Assembly: GCA_039029715.1 (NCBI GenBank)
Contig: JBCCFN010000002.1
Coordinates: forward strand, 1-50,635
Source of the DNA: Actinomycetota bacterium
GTDB taxonomy: Bacteria > Actinomycetota > Acidimicrobiia > Acidimicrobiales > SZUA-35
Direction: 5' to 3'
Length of the DNA: 50,635 bases
Positions within the stretch are counted from its first letter, which is position 1, and the number at the start of each line of letters is the position of its first letter. The notes beneath the pieces are model-generated. The model was not told the DNA's origin and made no database searches. It worked only from the letters and a program-made list of their open reading frames with translations. Positions 9,141 through 15,455 of this stretch are shown here, piece after piece. Position numbers and translations under genes: made by a program.

Positions 9141-9965
9141 ATGACCGAGACGGGCCGTCTTCCCGACTGGATCATGATCGGGGCCATGAAGTCTGCGACC
9201 AGCAGCATGCATCGCTACCTGGCCGAGCATCCCCAGGTCGCAACGTCGACGCCGAAGGAGCTCGACTTCTTCGTCGAGCCGAAGTACAGCGAGCTCGGCG
9301 TCGACTGGTACCGGCAGCAGTTCAACGATCCATCCGACGCGGTCGTCGCCGGCGAATCCTCGGTCAACTACACCAAGTGCCACCAGTTCCCGGGCGTGGC
9401 GGAGCGGATGCATCGCCTCGTGCCGGACGTGAAGCTGATCTACATCCTGCGTGACCCGCTGCAACGGATCGAGTCCCAGTGGATCCATGCGGTCGGGGCC
9501 GGGAAGTGGCGAGGGGACTTCAGCTCCGCCCTGGCCGACCCGGACACCAGTCCGATGGTCCAGACCAGCTGTTACTGGACCCAGCTGGAGCAGTATCTGC
9601 AGTACTTCGACGCCTCCCAGATCAAGATCATGTCCTACGAGGACGTCTCGGCCGAGCCGCTTCGATCGGTCAACGAGTTCCTCGAGTTCGTCGGGCTCGA
9701 GCCGAACTTCGATCACCCGCTGATCGGCAAGCGGATCCATGACAGCAGCCTGAAGATGCGCCCGAACCGGCTCGGCCTGCTGTTGTGGGAGGACCGCAAG
9801 CGGCGGAGGCGGCTCCGGAAGTACCTGCCGTGGCTGGTGGCCAAGCCGATCGAGAAGCCGGTCTGGTCGACCGAGGACCGCAACCGGATCGCTGCCTACC
9901 TGCAGCCGGAGGTCGACAAGATCCGGGACTTCAGCGGCCTCCGGTTCGAGCAATGGCCGATCTGA
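9141..9965 (+). CDS. sulfotransferase (Sulfotransfer_1-like, heparan-sulfate-sulfotransferase-type fold)
   Basis: Starts at the ATG at 9141, 2 nt after the previous stop. 5'-PSB IMIGAMKSATSSMHRYL and 3'-PB KLIYILRDPLQRIESQW. Confidence 0.85.
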   Translation: MTETGRLPDWIMIGAMKSATSSMHRYLAEHPQVATSTPKELDFFVEPKYSELGVDWYRQQFNDPSDAVVAGESSVNYTKCHQFPGVAERMHRLVPDVKLIYILRDPLQRIESQWIHAVGAGKWRGDFSSALADPDTSPMVQTSCYWTQLEQYLQYFDASQIKIMSYEDVSAEPLRSVNEFLEFVGLEPNFDHPLIGKRIHDSSLKMRPNRLGLLLWEDRKRRRRLRKYLPWLVAKPIEKPVWSTEDRNRIAAYLQPEVDKIRDFSGLRFEQWPI

Positions 9966-10840
9966 GCGGCCCGGCCCCAACCGTCAGCATCGGGCTGCCG
10001 ATCTACAACGGCGAGCGGTTCATCGAACGGTCGGTCCGCAGCGTCCTCGACCAGGACTACGCAGACTTCGAGCTGGTCGTGTCTGACAACGGGTCGACCG
10101 ACCGGAGCCTGGAGATCATCGAAGAGGTTGCGGACGGCGACCCGAGGGTGGTCATCCTCCGGAACTCGGAGAATCGGGGCGCCGCCTGGAACTACAACAA
10201 CGCCTTCGATCACAGCCGGGGCCGTTACTTCCGTTGGCATGCCGACGACGACTGGTTCGAGCCCGAGTTGATCGGCAAGCTGGTCAAGGCGTTCGAGGCC
10301 GAACCGTCCGCCGTCATCGCCCACAGCTGGACCCGGTTCGTCGACGACGACGGCGCGATGACCCGGGAGTTCCAGGACGACCTCCGGGTCCAGGACGACA
10401 CCCCTCAGGACCGGCTCCGCTCGACCATCACCAACCTGACGTTCTGCAACCCGGTGTTCGGCCTGATCCGCAGCGATGCCCTCGGTCGGTCGGCCAAGAT
10501 CGGGGCGTTCCCCGGCTCGGATGCCATCCTGCTCTACGAGTTGGCCATGTACGGCACCTTCGCCGTGGTGCCGGAGCTGCTCTACAACCGCCGGCCCGGC
10601 AACTCGATCAAGACCAACAACAGCATGCAGGCGGTCGCCGAGTGGTTCGCCCCGACCGGCCGGGGCGGTCGGTTCCCGGCCGCCTATCGCAGTGCGGCCA
10701 TGGTCAACGCCATCCGCCGGGCCCCGCTGCCGGCCGGCGAGAAGGCGGCATGTCTCCAGACGTTCCTCCGGTACTGGCCGGTCGACTACGCCCGGAAGTC
10801 GCGACGGCGGGCTCGGCGCCGGAAGCGTCGGGCCCAGTGA
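9953..10840 (+). CDS. GT2-family glycosyltransferase
   Basis: Starts at the ATG at 9953, a 13-nt overlap with the sulfotransferase. VSIGLPIYNGERFIERSVRSVLDQDYADFELVVSDNGSTD...WHADDDW. Confidence 0.85.
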   Translation: MADLSGPAPTVSIGLPIYNGERFIERSVRSVLDQDYADFELVVSDNGSTDRSLEIIEEVADGDPRVVILRNSENRGAAWNYNNAFDHSRGRYFRWHADDDWFEPELIGKLVKAFEAEPSAVIAHSWTRFVDDDGAMTREFQDDLRVQDDTPQDRLRSTITNLTFCNPVFGLIRSDALGRSAKIGAFPGSDAILLYELAMYGTFAVVPELLYNRRPGNSIKTNNSMQAVAEWFAPTGRGGRFPAAYRSAAMVNAIRRAPLPAGEKAACLQTFLRYWPVDYARKSRRRARRRKRRAQ

Positions 10841-12036
10841 GCCGGCCCCGCTGGCTCTGGATCAGCGCCGAGGTCGCAGTCACCGAGAAGACCGGCCTGC
10901 TCGTCTACTCCGCTGGACTGAGCGGTGCGCTCGCCGCATCCGGCATCGACATCACCGTGGTTGCGCTCGGGCCGGCGGGGGTGACCCGGGCCGACGTCGA
11001 CCTCCGGGTGGTCCCGGGCGAGCTTCAGGGCGGGTGGCGAAGCATGCTGTCCTCGCTGCCGAACGTGAGCTATGCCTGCGCCACCCCCGAGCTCCGGGCC
11101 GCGATCGCCGAGCTGCTGGCATCGGAGCGGTGGGATGCGGTGGTGTTCGACCACCTCCAGGTCGGATGGGCGGCCGATCTGGTTCCGGACGGCCCGGAGC
11201 CGACAACGATCTTCGTCACCCACAACCACGAGGGGACGGTCCGGATGGCGGTGGCCCGGGAGTACGCCCCGTGGACGCCTCGGGGCCTCGTCCTGCGGTT
11301 CGATGCGCTGAAGGCAGCCCGGCTGGAGCGACGCACCGCAGCCCGGGCGGCCATCATCACCTCGATCACCGACGCCGACCGGCGTCTGTTCGAACGGCTG
11401 GCGCCGACCGCCCGTCACGTCACCCTCTCCCCCGGCTACAGGGACCCGATCCGGGATCGGGTCCCGCCGATGGCGGACCGCCCGAGACGGGTCGGCATCG
11501 TCGGGAGCTTCGAGTGGCACGTCAAGCAGGAGAACCTGGAGCGGTTCGTCACCGCAGCCGACCCGGTGCTGTCGGCCAACGGCATCGAACTGGTGATCGC
11601 CGGGCAGCTCCCAGCGCCGTTCCGGGAGCGGCTCCAGCGGCTCCCCTCCGTCGACGTCGTCGGTTGGGTCGACTCGGTGGCCGACTTCCTCGACCAGTGC
11701 CGGATCGGGTTGGTTGCCGAACCGCTCGGCGGCGGCTTCAAGCTCAAGACGCTGGAGTATGTGGCCAACCGGGTCCCGATCGCCTCGCTGACCGGTGGCA
11801 CCGAGGGCCTGCCGCTCGCTGCTCCGGACGCCCTGATCGAGGCCGGATCGATCGACGCCCTGGTCGAAGCCGTCGTTGCGGCAATCGACGACCCCGTTAG
11901 GCTCGAATCGGTGGCCGACGAGGCGATCCGCCTGGCGGCACCGATGATGCGGTGGGAACAGCAGGTCACTGCCCTGGTCGATGCCGTCGCAACGAGTGCC
12001 ACCCGTCGAGGGGACAGGGCGAGTGAAGTCGAGTAG
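10837..12036 (+). CDS. GT4-like (GT-B) glycosyltransferase
   Basis: Putative GTG at 10837 (GTGA overlap with the previous stop). Reads VSRPRWLWISAEVAVTEKTGLLVYSAGL... The C-terminal GT-B half is VGIVGSFEWHVKQENL...GGGFKLKTLEYVANRVPI. The start is uncertain. Confidence 0.75.
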   Translation: MSRPRWLWISAEVAVTEKTGLLVYSAGLSGALAASGIDITVVALGPAGVTRADVDLRVVPGELQGGWRSMLSSLPNVSYACATPELRAAIAELLASERWDAVVFDHLQVGWAADLVPDGPEPTTIFVTHNHEGTVRMAVAREYAPWTPRGLVLRFDALKAARLERRTAARAAIITSITDADRRLFERLAPTARHVTLSPGYRDPIRDRVPPMADRPRRVGIVGSFEWHVKQENLERFVTAADPVLSANGIELVIAGQLPAPFRERLQRLPSVDVVGWVDSVADFLDQCRIGLVAEPLGGGFKLKTLEYVANRVPIASLTGGTEGLPLAAPDALIEAGSIDALVEAVVAAIDDPVRLESVADEAIRLAAPMMRWEQQVTALVDAVATSATRRGDRASEVE

Positions 12037-12054
12037 CAACCAGCACCGCCGATC

Positions 12055-13476
12055 ATGATCCTCACCGTCTTCGTCGGGATCGTCGGACTTGCGGCCTTCA
12101 TCGGGCTGACGGCCTACTTCATCTCGCTGGAGAATCGGGGCGACACCCATCGGACGTTCCTGATCCTGATGACGGTGCTGCTGGTGGAAGCGACGCTGGC
12201 CGGCCACGCCGCGAACACCCCGACCGGGATCCTCCGGCCGACGATCGCCGGCCAGGACTTCCGGCCCCCGGACCTGATCATCCTCCCCGCGGTCCTGGCT
12301 CGACTGCTGGGCGGGACCCGGCGGCGATTCCCGATGGAGCAGCTGTACCTGTTCGCCTATCTCGGCTGGTATGCGTTCGGGATCATCCCCGGGATCGCCA
12401 ACGGATTCCAGCTGCAGCAGGCCCTGTTCCAGGGCAAGTCGGTGTTCTACCTGGCCGGCGGGATGCTCATCGCCTCCGGCGCCGACCTGCGGAAGCTGGC
12501 GGACCAGCTCGGCCGCTGGGGTCAGTGGCTGGCCGTGATCGTGGTGGCGACCACCATCTTCCAGTTGGCAGACATCTCGATCCGGATCGACACACCGGTC
12601 CAGCGGATCAACCGCCTGCTACAGCTCGGCAACGACAGCATCACCCTCTACAGCTCGATCGGTCTGGTGATCCTGGCCATCGAGGCCCACCGGGAACACC
12701 CAAGACTCCGGCAGTCGCTGGCCGGCGTGGTCATGGTCCTGGCACCGCTTGGCGGCTCCCAGCGGGCGTCCTACCTTGCGGTTGCGATGGCCATCTCGGT
12801 GATCGGCATCCTGCTGTTCACCCCGACCTTCGCCAGGAGACGGACGGTGACCCCGGTCCAGATCGGCCTGGTCGGCGCCGCCATCGCCGGGCTGATGATC
12901 GCCGCCCTGGCCGTCGGCCCCGGCCGGAGCGTGTTGACAAACCGAGTCGATGACGCGTTCGGCGGCGAGCAGGAGATCAACAGCGCCCTCGAACGGTTCG
13001 AGCTGGCCGATCAGGCCATCAGTCGCATCGAGGAGCGGCCGGTACTCGGCTGGGGTCTCGGCGTCACCGTCAACCGGACCGCACGGGGACGGACGATCAA
13101 CACCTCGGCCCACAACTTCATCCTCGACATCACGATGCGGGCCGGCGTGGTCGGGCTGGTCATGTTCACCCTTGTCATCGCCTCGATCATCCGGCGAGGC
13201 CTCATCCGTTGGCGGGATGAGCCGGACAACCTCGTTGCGGGGCTGAAGGTCGGGGCGGTGATCGCCATCGCCGTGTTCCTGGCCAAGGGCCTGGTCGAAC
13301 CGGCGGTCGACAAATACCGCCTGGTCCTGACTGCGGCCACCGCATTCGGGCTGATCCTGGCCCCGGGGGTCGGCCTGGATGACGACGACACCGACCCGGA
13401 CGATGCGTCGGCATCGCCGGCCGCAGCGGACCTCGCCCCCAGGCTCGGTTCGTCTGCGTCCTCGTCCTACTCGTAG
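12055..13476 (+). CDS. Wzy / O-antigen-ligase family polytopic membrane protein (putative repeat-unit polymerase)
   Basis: 473 aa with about 10 or more hydrophobic segments. Wzy_C-type block TSAHNFILDITMRAGVVGLVMF. Acidic, Ser-rich C-terminal tail. Confidence 0.75.
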   Translation: MILTVFVGIVGLAAFIGLTAYFISLENRGDTHRTFLILMTVLLVEATLAGHAANTPTGILRPTIAGQDFRPPDLIILPAVLARLLGGTRRRFPMEQLYLFAYLGWYAFGIIPGIANGFQLQQALFQGKSVFYLAGGMLIASGADLRKLADQLGRWGQWLAVIVVATTIFQLADISIRIDTPVQRINRLLQLGNDSITLYSSIGLVILAIEAHREHPRLRQSLAGVVMVLAPLGGSQRASYLAVAMAISVIGILLFTPTFARRRTVTPVQIGLVGAAIAGLMIAALAVGPGRSVLTNRVDDAFGGEQEINSALERFELADQAISRIEERPVLGWGLGVTVNRTARGRTINTSAHNFILDITMRAGVVGLVMFTLVIASIIRRGLIRWRDEPDNLVAGLKVGAVIAIAVFLAKGLVEPAVDKYRLVLTAATAFGLILAPGVGLDDDDTDPDDASASPAAADLAPRLGSSASSSYS

Positions 13477-14249
13477 CCCATCGAGACCAGCGTCCGCCGG
13501 AAGAGCAGATTGGCCAACCGGCGCTGGAACGACGTCATCTCGTCCTGTCGACGGGTACCGCCCCGGAAGTGGGAGCCGACCTTCGAGCGGGCGTTGTCCC
13601 CGGTGTAGGACACGGCGATCCGGTGGATCTCCTCGTCCTCGACCTCGATGGAGAGGTGCTCGCAGACCCGCCGCAGCACGTCCTCCGGCGTCGCCTTCAG
13701 ATCCTCGTAGCGGATGACCAACGTCGTCGGCTCACGGCGCCAGGCCTCATAGACCGGGATCTGCCGGATTCGCATCCACAGCAGTGACAGCGGCATCCAC
13801 CGCAGTCTGGCGAAGCTGTCCGACTTGCCTCGGGCCCGCCTGCGCTGCCCCCGCTGGTAGGCCGAGACCACGACGTCCCGAGGGTCCCGGTGGATATAGG
13901 TCGAACGGACCAGTCCCTCTGCGCCGAGCCGCTTGGCAACCGAGGTCGGCTTCTCGTGCGATTTCACGACGAAGGTGTGGCCGGCACCGACGACCGGGGC
14001 CAGCCGGTCCCAGGCTTCGTCTGTCAGCTCCCGGATGTTGCAATTGTCGAACCGGAGGACGTCGTCGAGGCCGTGCTCATCACGAAGACTGCGCACATCC
14101 CGCTGGCCGGCCGCCTGCAGGAGTTCATTCGTCATATTGAAGATCCAACCGCTTCCGGCGCTCTCCATCCCGGCCGAAATGACCAGCTGCCCGCTGCCAG
14201 TTGCAGGGGCTCCCTCCGCTAGACTGGAATCGTTCGGTTTCAGCTCCAC
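13467..14249 (-). CDS. sulfotransferase family protein
   Basis: 5'-PSB LVISAGMESAGSGWIFN and 3'-PB STYIHRDPRDVVVSAY. I use the GTG at 14249; the track ATG at 14471 would add about 74 poorly coding residues. There is a 10-nt convergent overlap with the Wzy-like gene. Confidence 0.75.
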   Translation of the reverse strand: MELKPNDSSLAEGAPATGSGQLVISAGMESAGSGWIFNMTNELLQAAGQRDVRSLRDEHGLDDVLRFDNCNIRELTDEAWDRLAPVVGAGHTFVVKSHEKPTSVAKRLGAEGLVRSTYIHRDPRDVVVSAYQRGQRRRARGKSDSFARLRWMPLSLLWMRIRQIPVYEAWRREPTTLVIRYEDLKATPEDVLRRVCEHLSIEVEDEEIHRIAVSYTGDNARSKVGSHFRGGTRRQDEMTSFQRRLANLLFRRTLVSMGYE

Positions 14250-14364
14250 GGGCTGAAATGTAGCAGAGCGGGTCGGAGCCACCCATGGGTCAAATCTTGA
14301 CCGTGCGTGGTCTCTCTGGACGGGCCGATCGTCGTCCGGAACCCCGATCGAGGAGAGCGGGTCG

Positions 14365-15357
14365 GTGAAGCAAATCCTGATGCTCGGGGTCGGCCTCGTC
14401 GTCGTGGCCCTGGTCACCGTGGGGTTCTGGGAGCGGGGCTCAGAGGCCCGGCTCGAGAGCATCCCCGTCAAAACCCAGAACTTCGGGATGCGGACGAATG
14501 GGGGCCTGTTCGACCCAGACAGCTTCGAGACGACCGAGGAGTGGCTCGGCCGGTCGATCGACTACACCGTCCAGTTCAGCGGCCGCCGCAGCCCCCATGC
14601 CATGAACAGCGCAGTGTTCGGCCTCATGGCGGCCGAGGACGCAAGCCTCCCGGCCTACGCCGACCGCCTGACGCTGGTCATCTCGGTCCCGCTCGCCTTC
14701 TCCGAGCCGGACGAGAACGGTCCCCTCGACGGGCGGGAGGGTCTGCTTGCCACCGCCGAGGGCCGTCACGACACCGCATACCTCCGCCTGGCCGAGCGCC
14801 TGATCGAGGGCGGCTACGGTGACGCCATTCTCCGCCTCGGTCACGAGTTCAACGGCGGGTGGCCGCCGTGGTCCTCGTTGGGTAACGAGGATGCGTTCAT
14901 CGCCGCCTATCGCCACGTCCATGATCTGTTCCAGGCCCAGTCGGCTGGGTTCGAGTTCGACTGGACCGCCATGCGGCCGGACTTCGCAACCACGGCCCCG
15001 GCGGCGTGGCCTGGCATCGACTACGTCGACTACATCGGGCTGGACGTGTACTGGAAGAGTGATCCCGGTGATGGCTGGGATTCGGACCGGTGGCAGAGCC
15101 AATTCCTCCCCCAACTCGAGGCCCATCTGGCCTTCGCGAAGGAGCGTGGATTGCCGGTAAGCTTCCCGGAGTGGGGCATCGAGGGCGACGATGTTCCGGA
15201 GTTCATCGAGCAGATGCATACGTGGTTCAACGGGCTACCGCCGAGCGGCCCGGGATCGCTTGGATACCAGGCCTACTTCAGTGGCGGGCGGGCGTTCTCT
15301 CTGGACAACTATGTGGATGCTCGCCGAACCTTCCGGCAGCTCTTTGGTGCACCCTAG
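14365..15357 (+). CDS. GH26-like (clan GH-A) glycoside hydrolase with an N-terminal membrane anchor or signal
   Basis: N-terminus KQILMLGVGLVVVALVTVGFW. LRLGHEFNGGWPPWS matches the H-E-x-N-G-x-W acid/base motif of GH26, and SFPEWGI is a candidate nucleophile motif. Confidence 0.75.
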   Translation: MKQILMLGVGLVVVALVTVGFWERGSEARLESIPVKTQNFGMRTNGGLFDPDSFETTEEWLGRSIDYTVQFSGRRSPHAMNSAVFGLMAAEDASLPAYADRLTLVISVPLAFSEPDENGPLDGREGLLATAEGRHDTAYLRLAERLIEGGYGDAILRLGHEFNGGWPPWSSLGNEDAFIAAYRHVHDLFQAQSAGFEFDWTAMRPDFATTAPAAWPGIDYVDYIGLDVYWKSDPGDGWDSDRWQSQFLPQLEAHLAFAKERGLPVSFPEWGIEGDDVPEFIEQMHTWFNGLPPSGPGSLGYQAYFSGGRAFSLDNYVDARRTFRQLFGAP

Positions 15358-15455
15358 GCGCGGGCACAATCGCAACCATTCAGTAAAGAATTCGACACAC
15401 GTGTCGATAGAGGTAGCAACGCCCCTATCCGCCTACCCCCAGTGAGGTACGGCCA

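Noticed and set aside
7909-12036. Long N-terminal extensions in the ORF track (7909, 8400, 9785, 10234). Similar extensions occur at 14471, 19156, 20549, 23274, 24154, 25506, 26795, 28264, 28114, 38819, 40447 and 47297.
   Set aside because: The extensions overlap the preceding gene and are Arg/Pro/Gly-rich. The family-typical N-termini (Rossmann, PSB loop, signal peptides, receiver domain) begin at internal ATG/GTG codons, often with 4-nt overlaps or a Shine-Dalgarno. I used the internal starts.
14265-14368. 12-nt direct repeat AGAGCGGGTCGG (14265-14276 and 14354-14365) and a 27-codon uORF (14285-14368) ending in overlap with the GH26-like gene start.
   Set aside because: The second copy coincides with the likely ribosome-binding region and start codon of the real gene. 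The uORF has poor codon usage and no Shine-Dalgarno. I cannot distinguish this from chance in the divergent promoter region.
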